DNA of 64,000 bases from Leucoraja ocellata (GCA_036785375.1 JAWMAR010000243.1:2728001-2792000), one strand, 5' to 3'. Positions 40,633 to 52,982 are shown, counted from the first letter of the stretch. Translations and numbers: made by a program. Notes: generated by a model not told the origin, from the sequence alone.

Positions 40633-40808
40633 CTACAATTCACTGTGACGGACTGGAGGCTCCAGCTTGTTCGACAGTGCACATAGGACCTTGTCAAACT
40701 TTTTGTATCGCTCGGCTTGGCTGCCGCCTGCTCCTCGGCTGCCCCACAGCAACCGCATTTGGAACTCTGTCTTGAAGACTTCAAGAACTTGCTCATTCTC
40801 CTGAAAAC
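40633..40808 (-). CDS. SH2D3C: SH2D3C last coding exon (end of Cdc25-like/NSP domain)
   Basis: Acceptor cgcag|GT. Encodes (G)FQENEQVLEVFKTEFQMRLLWGSRGAGGSQAERYKKFDKVLCALSNKLEPPVRHSEL*. The end resembles SH2D3C (-EPAVRSSEL) more than BCAR3. Confidence 0.95.
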
Positions 40809-41540
40809 CTGCGGGATGCAAAAGAGAGTGTGACTTGCTTTGAAAACAAAGCTAGGATGGTGTAAACATCTCCTTTCAAATGGTGTTCCAGATCATTCAA
40901 CTTGCTCTAATTTAAAACAAAAGTATTTTATTATCCATGAAAGTTAGTTTGGGGCATTTAAATCGAGTGATGATTAAGGAACGGTGATGTACAAGTCATG
41001 ATGGTGTATGACGTGGTTGGGGAAGCAGTGGGGGTGATATTCCTATGCATCTGTTGAACAGTTAGGAACATAGAAACATAGAAAATAGGTGCAGGAGGAG
41101 GCCATTCAGCCCTTCGATCATTGTGATCATGGCTGATCGTCCACAATCAATAACCCGTGCCTGCCTTCTCTCCATATCCCTTGATTCCACCAGCACCTAG
41201 AGCTCTATCTAACTCGCTCTTAAATCCATCCAGTGATTTGGCCTCCACTGCCCTCTGTGGCAGGGAATTCCACAATTTCACAACTCTCTAGGTGAAACAG
41301 TTTTTTCTCACCTTAGCCCTAAATGGCCTCCCCTTTATTCTAAGACTGTGGCCCCTGGTTCTGGACTCGCCCAACATTGGGCGTTCTTTCTAGGTAGGTG
41401 AAGTTGTGGGTTTGAGAGGTGCTGAGTGAGTAGCAGAAATGAGAAACATCGATTCATTCTGCTGAGGTTGTGCACCAGTCATGCAGAGAACAAATGTTTA
41501 GACTGGTGAATCTGGTGCCAAACAACTGAATTGAATGGTA

Positions 41541-41740
41541 GGTAGACAAAAAAGCTGGAGAAACTCAGCGGGTGCAGCAGCATCTATGGAGCGAAGGAAA
41601 TAGGCGACGTCTCGGGCCGAAACCCTTCTTCAGAAACGTTGCCTATTTCCTTCGCTCCATAGATGCTGCTGCACCCGCTGAGTTTCTCCAGCTTTTTTGT
41701 GTGCCTTTGATTTTCCAGCATCTGCAGTTCCTTCTTAAAC
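41541..41740. mobile_element. Fold-back Penelope-derived short element
   Basis: Inverted arms of the same family. ATTGAATGGTA duplicated at 41530-41540 and 41748-41758. Inserted in an older LINE fragment. Confidence 0.85.
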
Positions 41741-42413
41741 ACAATGGATTGAATGGTATTGAGCTCTTGAGTATTGTTTGAGCAACACTCATCTTCGCAA
41801 GGGAAGCATGTTCCATCATACCCTTGACTGTGCCGTGTACACGGTTTAAGGCTTTGTGGCGCAGGCGAGTCGCTCCCCACAGGATACCCAACCACATTCC
41901 TGCTCTTGTAACCGTCTTATTTATGTGGTTGGGGCAGATGAGTTTCTGGTCAATGGTGACCCGGGGGACATTGAGGTAGAGGATGCAGCATTGGTAAAGT
42001 AACTGAATATCAAGAGTACATGGTTAGACTGACTCTCGCTAGAGATGGTCAGGGCCTGGCACTTTGTAGCAATAATGGTATTTGCAACTTAACAGCCCGT
42101 ATTTGTGCCTGAAGGTATGCACGGTTTCATTTGATGAGGAGTTCCAAATGGACTTGAACTTTGTACAGACATCAGTGATCATCCCCACACTCCATCCCCT
42201 TTGGTTTTATAGTGGTGGAAGGTCATTGATGAAGCAGCTGACGATGGCTGAGTCTTGGACAGTACCCTGAGGAAATCTTGTCGTGATGTCCTGGGGCTGG
42301 GATGATTGATATCCAACAATCACACACATGTCCCTGAACTGAAGTGAGTGCATTCTCTGCGCTCTGAGTTTACAGCTAGCTAAAACCTTACCACCAATAT
42401 TAAAACCTATCAG

Positions 42414-42620
42414 AGGTACACAAAAATGCTGGAGAAACTCAGCGGGTGCAGCAGCATCTATGGAGCGAAGGAAATAGGCAACGTTTCAGCCCGAAACCCT
42501 GGAAGGGTTTCGGGCCGAAACGTTGCCTATTTCCTTCGCTCCATAGATGCTGCTACACCCGCTGAGTTTCTCCAGTAGTTTTGTGTACCTTCGATTTTCC
42601 AGCATCTGCAGTTCCTTCTT
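42414..42620. mobile_element. Fold-back Penelope-derived short element
   Basis: Near-perfect inverted arms of ~85 bp. TAAAA(C/T)CTATCAG duplicated at 42401-42413 and 42620-42632. Confidence 0.85.
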
Positions 42621-43435
42621 AAAATCTATCAGCTTGGATCTTGTCCAAACCCCAGTCTCATAGGGTCAGGATACCTGCTATGTATTGACAGCTGCTACGC
42701 AATAATAATGGAATATGTGTGCATATTGTCTTACTTTTAAGTCCCCCTCCAGCTTCCACTATTTCCCCGAACCAGACAAACAAATTGCTCTTGGCTTCAT
42801 GCCAATTGTGTTTTGTAACCATCTAAAAGGCTTGTGCAGGATAACCTTGTGATAGGGGTTTCCTTCCTTTCCCATGACAAAATAACCACCATCTGTTCAG
42901 TCCAGCCCCTCCTCCCATACTGGACCAAGGCACAAAAGCAGCCAGAATGTGTGTGTGTAGCTACATCCTCCCCTGCCATTATCTGCTTTCCACTTTGCCT
43001 TCAAAGCAAACGTGGCTTTGAACTAAACAGATCAACGAGGGCGCACGAGAAACTGCAGATGCTGGAACCTTGAGAAGAACACAATAGTGCTGGAGGGACT
43101 CAGCGGGTCAGGCAGCATCTGTGAAGGGAATGGACAAACGATGTTTTGGGTTGGGTCTGATCGGTTTGGGTCTCCAGCCAAGGCCACATGAGCTGTCCTC
43201 AACTAGGTGGCAGTGGTCACACTGTTGGATGCAGCAGCCCGAGTCAAAGCAGTAAGAAAGAAAAGTCCAACACTGGTTCCTCACAGTGCCCAATGCTGGG
43301 AAACAATAGGAGATGCTTAGGCCAGGCCAGTACAGTGTTTAAACAGCTAGTCACTGTCGAAGCTCATGTAAAGATTGGATTTGGTACCTGGGTGGGCATT
43401 TGGCTTGAACCCTGCCGGTCTTACAGCCTTTAGAC

Positions 43436-43819
43436 CAGTGGTTCCCAACCTTTTTTTGGCCATGCCCCACCTAATCACCTCTAAAATCCTGATGCCCCCC
43501 CCCCCCCCCATGTGGTGATATATAATTCTTATCATTTAAAAAGTGAACTCCGTTTCAGCTGAAGAAGCTTAAAACGCCAATACCTTGGTTTAAACAAGCT
43601 TCAAAAAATAACTACACAATAAAGACCTTTTTTACCCCAAAAAAAATATTTACTCAAAATAACATCTGAAACATAAACCACATATGTTTACCTGATGGAA
43701 AATCCAAAAAAATAAAAATCGATAATTTGGACCCAGACCTCCTCAGTTGCGCTCAATTGCCCCCCTTAAAAATCAAATTGCCCCCCTGTGGGGCGTACGC
43801 CCCATGTTGGGAACCACTG
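43436..43819. mobile_element. Non-autonomous hAT (Charlie-like) MITE
   Basis: TIRs CAGTGGTTCCCAAC / GTTGGGAACCACTG; perfect 8-bp TSD CTTTAGAC at 43428-43435 and 43820-43827. Confidence 0.9.
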
Positions 43820-43916
43820 CTTTAGACCAAAGAGGGGATAACTGGGAAGAGAGATTATTGATGGATGCTAAATATAACTCTTTGTTTCAGCAAGAGAGAG
43901 TATTCTAAGTATTTAC

Positions 43917-44123
43917 CTTGTAGTTTCAGTTCAGCGTTGGTTTTATATAGCCCCCCGTGGTGTGCAATTGTTCTTGCAGCCTCCAGATGTGACATCACCA
44001 CCTCAACGCCACTGTCGCTGATCTCCCATGGCTCAATGTTCTCAGTCGTTGCCAAATTACGCTCGAGCAAAGTGATGAGAGGAACCACGTGAGGAAAGGT
44101 GGTGTTGGTCAGTGGAGATGCTT
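43917..44123 (-). CDS. SH2D3C: SH2D3C coding exon
   Basis: ttcag|AA ... CAAG|gtaaat. Encodes (E)ASPLTNTTFPHVVPLITLLERNLATTENIEPWEISDSGVEVVMSHLEAARTIAHHGGLYKTNAELKLQ; 207 bp, phase 1 to 1. Confidence 0.95.
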
Positions 44124-44755
44124 CTGAAAGGCAGATAGTTAACGTCTCAATAAAACTCAGAAAGCTAAATAAATTAGAATGAGAAGTTCCATCAATCCTG
44201 CTCTTACCACAGACTACCTGCCTAATTACAATTTCTACTTCATTCATTTAATCAGTTGCTAAATATTCTGATCCATAAAAGAAGATTTAAAAAAATCACT
44301 AAATATTTGTCAATGTTTTTTCCCCCTGGCCCTTTGACTCAGTAATTGACTTTGTAGCAACAGCTCCCCTGTCTCAAACCTATTTCTCATGGGCACTAGC
44401 ATTGCACAGGGGAGCATTTCATCCTGTTGGTCTGTTCCTATAGCACCAATAACTTATTTAATATTCAGTTGAGGATGGAGCTTGTTTACAAAGGCATTTA
44501 TTTCGTAAACGCTCACATAATGGTTTTATCTTCATATTAAGAGATGTTCTTGATATTGGATCTGTATCCATTCAAATCTATAATCCCTCGCATCTCATTT
44601 GTGGATCATCAGATGAGCCACTAAACGACCATTGGACCTTAATCCCACAATTAGCTGGGGGTCAACTTGCCACCGTGGATAGGCATTGAAGGTGTGTTGT
44701 CTTAACTAAAATAATTTTCTCTCCTTCCCTTTATTAGACTGTTTTCAGTATATGT

Positions 44756-44972
44756 GGGACGACAGATGGCACAATGGGCTAAGTGTTCGGCTGGCGACCG
44801 GAAGGTAGCCGGTTCGAATCCCGCTTGGAGTGCGTACTGTCGTTGTGTCCTTGGGGCAAGACACTTCACCCACCTTTGCCTGTGTGTAAATGTAATGTAA
44901 TTATGTGAAGCACTTTGGGGTCAATGCAAGTTGACTAAAAATGTGCTATATAAATAAGATTATTATTATTAT
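44756..44972 (+). mobile_element. Intact tRNA-derived SINE with CORE-like domain and L2-type tail
   Basis: A box TGGCACAATGG, B box GGTTCGAATCC (44811-44821), gtgtccttggggcaagacacttcac CORE-like motif, tail tgtgaagcactttggg...gtgctatataaataag(att)n, possible TATATG TSD. Confidence 0.75.
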
Positions 44973-45025
44973 ATGAAAACAGTTCTATAACAAACATGTC
45001 TGATGGATGAAGTTCTGGGTCTTAC

Positions 45026-45137
45026 CTCTTCCTTCATTCATGTTCCTCATGAAGGGTTTCAACTTTTTTTCATAAAGAATCGCCCCCTCAGTGTGTCGCT
45101 GTCTAAGAGCCATCCATGTCTGCTCGAGCCTCGAAAT
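45026..45137 (-). CDS. SH2D3C: SH2D3C coding exon
   Basis: ttgtag|ATT ... AGAG|gtaaga. Encodes ISRLEQTWMALRQRHTEGAILYEKKLKPFMRNMNEGR; 112 bp. Absent from the ORF track. Confidence 0.94.
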
Positions 45138-47760
45138 CTACAATAAAAACCTGCGGTGAATAAATGTTGCAACTGGGAAGATACAGATTTAATATGAATT
45201 GGACTATTTCATGGTGGGTAACCTGTCATGAAACTGCTTTGTCTCAGAGGGGAATTTGATACTGGTTGCTTGATTGAATTCACTTTTTGAGGTAACAGAA
45301 GTGAAGAAATGCAGTGCAATCGATGTATGTATATATTTTTAAGAACATATTTGATAAAGTATGACATTACAGATTTATTCACAAATTAGCAGCTTTAGGT
45401 ATTTCTGTTGGTGAGTCCTTGTGGACATTAGAGGCAAATGGTTAACAATAAAGAGGAGCGGTGAACTGCAGCAAAGTAGCAAGTGGGGGGTTGGTATTAT
45501 GGATACAAACTGAAGCTGGATTTAAGGAGTTTAATGGCAAAGTTCAGGATAATATAGTATTGTCGACAGTGAACAGGTAGTGGCATAGTTCAGGAAGATG
45601 AAGACTTATGATCAAAGGCAGATATTTGAGTCGTAGAGCTGTATAAGTACAAAACAGGCCCTTCGGTCCACTTTGTCCATGCCTACCAAGATGGCACACT
45701 GCACTTGCCCCATATCCATCTAAACCCTTCCTCTCCATATATCTGTCTGAATGTCCAGGTGCAAACCACCCTGAGTGAAAAAGTTGCCACTGCAGTCCTT
45801 TTTAAATCTCTCTCCCCTCTTGCCTTAACCCTTTACACTCGAGATTCAGATTTCTCTGTTTTGGGGAAAAAAGACTGTGAATCGCTTTTTCCCTGGGTAG
45901 ATGATATGACAAATGCAATTTAATTGGGCTTGGTGTGATGCGAGTCTCTGAGGGAGAAATGAGAGGAAATATGAACTAAATGCCATTGTTCTGAAGACGT
46001 GGTATAGTGAAAAGCAAATTAGATTTTGTATATTACTGAAGGTGTCAAGAAAAGTTAATGTGATAATTAACAAAACATATGAGATACTTAATAGTGTAGA
46101 GATCATAAAAGCAAGGGAGGCTTGCTTAATCGTTACAAATCACATTTTAAGATTCAGAAGGACTAATGTTTATAATGCTGTTTACATTACGTCAGGAAAA
46201 AGGTCATGGTCTCCTTTTCACTGACTATCAACACAGGTACACTTCAAGGCTACCTGCTTAGCCGCCTGCTCTTCTCTCTACACCCGTGAATCATCTATGT
46301 AGCTAAACACAGCTCCAATGCCATCTATAAATGTGCCAATGCACCCGCTGCTGTTGGCTGAATCTCAGGTGGCGATGAGTCAGAATACAGGAGATGGAAC
46401 AGGTGGTTGAGGGGTGTCACAACAACAACCTCACAGTCAACATCAACAGAATCCAAGAACTAATCATTGACTTCAGAATGGGGAAGTCAGTAGACCACAC
46501 ACTTGCCCCATGGGTCAGATGGTGGAGAGAGTTAGCAGCTTCAAATTCAAATGCCTCTGCTTTTGACAATTGAGGTGAAATGTCTTTGTTCAGAGGGTTA
46601 TTATGATCTGCAGCACCACCAGAGGATAGTGGTATCGCATTCCACTGTAACTTTAAACTGGCAATTGGATAAGCATATGAAAAGAATAGGCATAGCGTTC
46701 CCCTTCTGTTTGGAGCTTCAGTAAGTTTAAAAGATGTGATTTTGTAGATCTTACAGAATAATGGAACAAGCCATGAAATGGAATCATCAGAGCACCAGTA
46801 AAATCCTCAGAATCCTGCTCATTAGGAGTGTAGTTTCTTAGCCATGGTAAATCAATTGTCATGTTGTACAATGATGAGCAATACCACAGGAGGGTGATTG
46901 GTGAGAAGATCCACGGATACAAGGAACCCCGCCACCTGTCAAACTATTCAGTCAATGTCCACCGCCACCAATCATATTCTGACCACAATGGATAAGGAGA
47001 AGCAGCAGAGTTTGAATTCACACACGCTAGTTCCCTGAGTGCAAAGTCTGGTAACATAACCAAACAAAAACTGTTTCCAAGCAAGAATAAAAGCAGCAGA
47101 AGCTGACAATGACATTCCGAGAACAACTCCCAGCTCAATAATCAAAAATTCACCAAAAGACATTTACTGGAGAAACCTTACTCATATTTCAAGCTCATCG
47201 AGTTTGGATCAATATAGGATCATCAGTGATGGATTCATATATTTAATGGGACATCAACAGTAGTATGCAAGAGCGCACTACTGATATTGTTACCCTGTGG
47301 GCATTGTAAATGTAATGAATGCTAAGTATGAACAACACAATTAATTATTTAACATAGTTCCTTGGTCGTTTTGAATGTGACTTAAACCTCCTTCAAAGAC
47401 AAAAAAATAAACACTGGAACTGGATGCTATTACGATGAACAATGGAACAAATGCCACATATCCTGGGGGGTACCAGATTTGCACTCCCTGCTACCCTCAA
47501 CAATCCCATCTGTTGAGTGTTTAACCATTTCCCTCTGTGAGGAAGCAGACATTTTCCACAGTGTGGCAGAGGGGAAGTCAGACTGGGGGCGTTTAACAGG
47601 CTTTGCTGCCTCAACTGGCCGAGGGGAACAGAATAGTCAGGCTGTTGGCGGTTGGTCCAGGAGCACATATCTCACTCTACCCTTAGCCCAATAGTGGATT
47701 AATAATTAAACAAGGATACGAAATTCAGACTGAATCAATCTCACTGATTCCAGCACCTAC

Positions 47761-47932
47761 CTGAGGCATTTCCAGAGCTTTCATCACCGCGGCAAAGCCA
47801 AACATATTTCCCATATTGCTCTTCAGTTCAGCAGCCAACTGTATAGTTTTATGCAGGAGGGCAGCTCGCTCCTCTGTGCTGCTTGTGCAGCCCAGAATGT
47901 CCACTGCCATCATGATTGACATGGTATTAAAC
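47761..47932 (-). CDS. SH2D3C: SH2D3C coding exon
   Basis: ccatag|G ... CAG|gtaggt. Encodes (R)FNTMSIMMAVDILGCTSSTEERAALLHKTIQLAAELKSNMGNMFGFAAVMKALEMPQ; 172 bp. Confidence 0.95.
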
Positions 47933-49890
47933 CTATGGAAAAAGGTAAAGATCCAGAGTTAATATAGAAAATGCAGGGGACACTCAGTGGGTTAGATAAA
48001 GCAAACTGGCATATCATGACTATTTGTCAGAACTTTTAATTGCAGAGAATAGCAGAATATTTGATGCAGGGTTTCAACCCAAAACATTGACCATTCCTTC
48101 CCCCCTCAGATGCTGCTTGACCCATTGAGTTACTCCAGCAGATTGTTTGTTGCTCGATTCAAGCATCTGCCGTCACTTGCGTCTTCCAGACCCTGTTGTA
48201 CCTCTGTACTCAACCCCGGTCTAATTAGTTCAGTAAATAACATTGGCCTGGGGACCTCTCTAAGAACACTCAGCTACTTGTCCTGCAGCAATAGATGCTT
48301 GTCAAAACTCCCACCTGCATTTGTGGACAATTAAAGTCATACAGCATGAAATCAGTCCCTTAGCCCAACATGTCCATGCCAATCAGTATGTCCCATCTAC
48401 ATTGGTCCCATTGCCTGCATTATCCTATATACCTCTAAACCTTTTCCTAACCATGTACCTGTCCAAAATGTTTTAAATGTTGTTATAGTACCTGCTTCAA
48501 CTATTTCCTCAGACAGCTTGTTCCATGTACCTACCTACCTCTGATTGAAAAGGTTTATCCTCTGGCTCCTATTAAATCCTTCCCCTCTCACCTTAAACCT
48601 ATATTGTCTAGTTCTTGATTGACCTACTCTGGGTAAAGGACTATGTGCACTCACTCTACCTGTTCCCCTCATGATTTTATAAACCTGTATAAGATCACCC
48701 TTCAACCTCATGCACCCCAAGGAATAAAATCCTACCCTGCCGAACCTTTCCCTATAGCTCATGGCCTGGCAACATCCCTTGTACACATTAATTGTTCTCA
48801 AGAAGAACTGTGTAGTCATATATACTCCATAAAATATCATTCACTGTTTTCTAACCCTGATCCTGTCTTTGAGTGCCCCATAACACTCCATTTCCTTCAT
48901 CCTTCCCGCTTCCAAGTCCCCATTGATCATTCGTGTATGGATACTTTTATTGACTTACAAACTGCCCAGAGTGTTTGCAGGTTTTGCCACTGAATCTCAC
49001 ATGCGACTATTTGTTGCTTTAGATTAATATATACAGCTGTGCACTAATTCTACCTGCCAGCACACTGTGTTAATGTAAAATATTTAATAGAGTTAGCAGC
49101 CCCCAGAGCCTATAGGTTCTTCTAATTAATCTCCAAAATTGCCAGCAGGTAAAATAAGATTTAACTATTGCCTTTGAAAGTAACAGGGTGGACTTTGTGG
49201 GCTGAAGGGCCTGCTCTGGTGCTGTCCTGTTCTATGTTAACCCTTGGTCGTCTCAAAATACTGAGACTTGGGACCTTTAATAACCACTATAAACGGCAGA
49301 CTTGGGCCTTGTTTTAACTTGCTGCTGAAATGAGCCGCTCAGCTTGAGCCAAAATGGTGGTCCACATTCTGGATTGGAACTTAAAAACATATGTTGCATG
49401 GTCATGTGTTGCTCAGAGCTGACTAAAGCATAGGTAGGAACATCAGATCAGGCCTTTAATTTCCTGACCTGCAAATGAGTTTTGACCTAAAAATCAACAT
49501 GTGCTCCCCACGTGCTTCCTCTAGATTGTTGTGTGAATGTATCTGATTGTTGAATAGTCTTGTCTGCCTTCATTGTACGTAGCTAATGTAACAAACCAAG
49601 CAGTCGGCAGCACCTTTAGGATAGGAAGAAATGATCATACTTTTCCTTCCCACAGGACAAAAGAGTAAATGAAATGGAAATTTTCTGCACAAATTCTTGC
49701 TGCAGGAGATGGCCATCTGATTACAACAAGCAGTTTGGCTCAAATACAGTGACATTATCCCAATGTTACAAATTGATGCCAGAACATTTATGAAACAACT
49801 CTAGAAGCCACCCTGTTTCAAAGTAACTGTACTGCAAGGCGGCCAAGATCACAGGACGTGGTTTGCCTCACGACTCTCAGCTTCTCTCAC

Positions 49891-50006
49891 CGTTCCAGTA
49901 AGTCGAGTCGAAGCTGGTGCCCATGGGGAAGAGTCAGTAACTCCAGCCCTGAGCTCACTCCCATCTGCTTCTGCAGCTCCTTAGAAACAGCCAGTATCCT
50001 AGCAAC
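49891..50006 (-). CDS. SH2D3C: SH2D3C coding exon
   Basis: ccacag|GTT ... CG|gtgaga. Encodes VARILAVSKELQKQMGVSSGLELLTLPHGHQLRLDLLE(R); 116 bp. Confidence 0.94.
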
Positions 50007-51195
50007 CTGTGGAGACAGGATATAAAGGAGATTAATCAACTTGCACTCTCAGCAATTACATGGCCACAAGTAACAAGCATCACATTCACCCTCTGAATAT
50101 CGATCTGTTTGTGAAAAGGATCTCCACACTGTGTCTTGCGTTTGTGAAACATCAAGACTCCCAATCAACTGTTTGGGATACACATTTGTCTCTGAGAATT
50201 GGACAAGAGTACTGTGGATACACACACTGAAAAATGTTTTACTTAGTTTTAGTTTTAAGGAACATTGTCGCTTTTTTGCCAGAGAACAAATTGAAGTTGG
50301 TGGTTCGAACAGGCTGGTAATATGCCAACTACAATGCTTAAGATGAATAAATCAAGCAATTCAAGTCCACTTTCATTTCTTCTTCTGGCCTCACCAGGAC
50401 TCAGCCAGATTCTGCTAAGAGGCACTGGATAATCTGAGTCAGGACATTGTCCATGATAAATATTCAGCGGCACGTGTAACAAAACCGGGACTGATCCTGT
50501 CCTTACCTGACTGTTCCAGTAAGACAACTGATAGTTCACAATCTTCAGTGGAAAAACAACCCTCTCCCCAGATCCAGTACATGAAAACCACCAGGAGTGC
50601 TTCAGCTAGCACCGTGCCTCAGATTGTCCAACAGCATAGATTGTGAGACTTTCTGGAGCCTGTTTTGCTCTGTATTTACACTTTTGAGTTAGAGATTGTG
50701 GGTTCAGAGGTATTTGTGCCGTATAATCTGGCCTGGCACTTTGGTGCAATACTCCAGGAATGCTGCATCACTGAAGATGCAGTGTTTTGTGTGAGACCTT
50801 AAATTGAAGCTCCATCTATTCTTTGAGGCTGATATACAAGGCCTCATGGGGTAAGGGTCAGAACCTCTTCTCGGCTATCGAACCCAACATTCAATGCTCG
50901 ACTACAAACATCCACACAGATTAACCTGTCCTCTTTTCACTATTGTTTATGGGAGTTTCCTGGTGCCAATTACTGCCATTTATTACATTACAACGATGAC
51001 AAGTCTTTATTCTGTGAGAAGGACTTTGTCTGCTTCTGATGATTCGAAAAGGCAACATGGGAATGCGAACAAGCTTTAGATGGGACTTTCTTAGATTGGA
51101 CTAGTCTTGTTAATAAGAAAGGTTTACTATTTCCACAACTCAACACAATAATGAAATATAATTGAGATGAACCCACTGGAACTAGATTTTCTTAC

Positions 51196-51866
51196 CGTGC
51201 AGTCAGCTTTTGTGATATGTTTGGCAATAGTTTTTGCATCTTCCTCAGCCAACAGCTCCTTGACTCTCTTTAGGACGGTCATCTCGAGTGGCTTGTTCTC
51301 CAAGGAAATGAGCAGAGACTTATAACCGTTTGGGTGAAAGGAAGATTCCAGTTCGATGATCGGGGCAGTGAACCAATTGCACTGCTGTCCCTCCTCCTCC
51401 TCCTCCTCCGCACAGCTGGGCAAGGGACTGAGATACGTCTCTGTCTCCAGGAACCCGAAGTTCGTCTCCGACTGCCAGCTAGATATGTTTGGATTTTCCT
51501 CGACTTTCAACCGTTCCACGTAGCTCTTAGCCATCAGCTGGCTTTGCTTGAGGGCCACTTCCAGCTGCTGCCTCTCCCAGTCGATCGGCGAAGATGGCCG
51601 CAGCTCGCAGTAGTGGCTGTGCTCTGATTCCCCACAGTTCTCCGAGCCGACCCTCTGGTCTGACTGCGAGGAGCCGTGCGACTGGGTGGAATGTGTGCTG
51701 GTGCAATGAGGTCCACTCGAAGCCTCGGGTGCCTTGTCCTTGTTGGGCTCCTGACATAGACTGTGACCGATGGTTGGGCTTAGTTGTGGCTCACTGGATC
51801 GCCGGAGTACAGGCGATGATGGCGACATCCTCGCTACTCGGCCCAGCTGGCTTTTGTGCTTCAAGC
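51196..51866 (-). CDS. SH2D3C: SH2D3C large exon (Pro/Ser-rich linker and start of Cdc25-like domain)
   Basis: ccacag|GC ... ACG|gtaaga. Contains SPVLRRSSEPQL and ENKPLEMTVLKRVKELLAEEDAKTIAKHITKADCT; 671 bp, phase 1 to 0. Confidence 0.93.
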
Positions 51867-52558
51867 CTGTGGAAGATTTAACAACATTAGGTGCTGGTAT
51901 ACCCGTACCCCCAGCCCTTAAGCTTTTCGGATGGAACTGACATATTGCTGGGTTACAGATCCCGTGTCTGAGATTGATCCAGGGCCCAAATCAAAACGTG
52001 GGTCTGAGGTTCATAAACACATGCATCTCCCAAAGTGACTCCCTGACAGTGATTCTCACCTGCGGAAGCAAAACTTAAAAAAACAAAACTGTGTGCCGCT
52101 CTGGTCACCCAGCTACAGGTAGGGTGTTATTAAGTTGCAAAGGTTGCAGATGCACCAGGACGTTACCTGGGCTTGCGGGATTAAGTTCTAGGGAGAGGCT
52201 GGGACATTTTTCTTTGAAGGATTTTAAAACTAGAGGCATCGGCTGAGGGTGAGTAAGGAGAGATTTAAGATGGACATTCGCAGTAACCTTTTCACTCGGA
52301 CGGCAATTTGTATCTAGCATGAGCTGCAGATGGAAAGGATAGGAAAAGTTTAGAGGGCAATGGACCAAGTGCAGACAAATGGGTCGTTTCCAGGATGCTC
52401 ACTTAGTTGGCATAAACAAGGTGAACCAAATGGCCTGCTTCCATGTTGTTCTCCTCTATGACTCCAAATCTGTTTCGATCTTTGTCAAATGCTTTGTTGT
52501 GTCAGATGGCAACATTTTACTGGAAGGCCAGTTACGATATTATTTTGATGTCACTTAC

Positions 52559-52683
52559 TTGTGCTGTACTCTGGAGAGAGAGGGATCTCATTCACTGGGC
52601 CCATTCCGTGGCGAATGTCCTTGATTTGATCCATGCTAAGAGCAAAGTTGCGGATTGGATCCTTGTGATGTGGTGACGGACTG
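52559..52683 (-). CDS. SH2D3C: SH2D3C coding exon
   Basis: ctacag|C ... ACAA|gtaagt. Encodes (S)SPSPHHKDPIRNFALSMDQIKDIRHGMGPVNEIPLSPEYST, similar to the SH2D3C ALSMDQI...SPAYST segment; 125 bp, phase 2 to 1. Confidence 0.9.
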
Positions 52684-52982
52684 CTGTAGGAAGGCAAGAT
52701 ACTGTTGAATGGTAGCTCTTTTGCATTGTCAATTAGCATTTAACTGTCAAGAGGACACACCGTGCTCTCTAGAAGACGAAATCCAGGATTAAATTTGAGT
52801 AGATAGTGAAACCTGGTCCATTTTGAAGACATTCATTTACATCGTGCCAGCTGGCTATAGATGGAGATCAGGTGATCCTGGAGACTGCCAGGTTTCTCCT
52901 GACCATCTTTGTCTCACATGGCTTACAAATTTAAGAGAGCACAACTTGACAGTAAATTGCTGGGGATCCCACATAATGGCAA

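Noticed and set aside
44756-44830. tRNA gene
   Set aside because: A and B boxes are present, but there is no acceptor stem or oligo-T terminator and it continues into SINE body and tail.
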